DNA of 64,000 nucleotides from Podospora anserina (Eukaryota): NCBI GenBank assembly GCA_017654855.1, contig CM030337.1, positions 3,472,001 to 3,536,000 of the forward strand, read 5' to 3'. Shown piece by piece: positions 63,571 to 64,000 of this stretch (position 1 is its first letter; each line of letters starts with the position of its first letter). The notes under the pieces were generated by a model. It saw only the letters and a program-made list of their open reading frames with translations, ran no database searches and was not told where the DNA came from. The position numbers and the translations under genes were made by a program.

Positions 63571-64000
63571 ATGCCAGTGACCCACAACTTCCAGAACTTT
63601 CAAGGTCGCTTGGACTTTATCCACGACTTGCTGCCGAGATTCAGCTTCAGCGTAAGTATACTCCACCGGTCTCTCACACATGAGTGGCCCTCAAGCTGGC
63701 ATCGCTTCTGCATCACAGAGCAGTGTGGAGGTGAAACCTGTTCACTATGACCCGTGTTCTCATTCAAGTACAAGAGCTTCGTTTACCTCATCTCCCTGGC
63801 ATCAGCCCTTGAATCTGATCACTACCTGCATGGAGAAAATGGGCCTTTGCAACCCGGCTGCGTTGCCATCCCGAAAGGTACCAAGGAACTGATTCTGCGC
63901 CTCACCAACCTGGAAGCGGAAGGCATAAGCCGAACAGGCCGTGTTGAGAACGAAGTCGCCATGACGAAGCTAGCTTCATCGGCTCTCAGCTCTTACCAAC
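63571..64000 (+). pseudogene. Phosphotransferase (APH/kinase-like) family gene, 5' part, with apparent frameshift; runs off window
   Basis: Exon 1 to 63651, intron to 63718, PVHYDP then -1 frame FKYKSFVYLISL..QPGCVAIPKGTKELILRLTN..RVENEVAM. Confidence 0.55.

Overview
Intron-containing, gene-dense DNA from a filamentous ascomycete (GT..AG introns with CTAAC/CTGAC branch points, HET-domain genes, PTH11-like and LaeA-like families; a Sordariales/Podospora-like origin is an inference). The left ~39 kb is mostly conserved housekeeping genes that splice into intact frames (PDX1/SNZ1 3' end, Rpc5-like, PAT1, GT15 mannosyltransferase, mitochondrial S12, acyl-CoA dehydrogenase, PKC1, SHE9, DAO, ALG3, EIF1AD, HAD phosphatase). 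It is interrupted at 25-32 kb by an accessory-looking block (SDR, frameshifted pseudokinase, HET gene). From ~40 kb onward the window is accessory-type, with several decaying genes: a frameshifted kelch-TM gene, a HET relic, a TM gene with an in-frame TAG, and a frameshifted APH-like gene. Intact genes in that part include an L-amino-acid oxidase, a P450, a 10-exon methyltransferase and an MFS efflux pump. The two most striking are intronless and bacterial-type: an LpxA-like UDP-GlcNAc acyltransferase (53464-54357) and a Cry-toxin-like pore-forming-domain + jacalin protein (61884-63275). All family assignments come from motif recognition by eye, not database searches.
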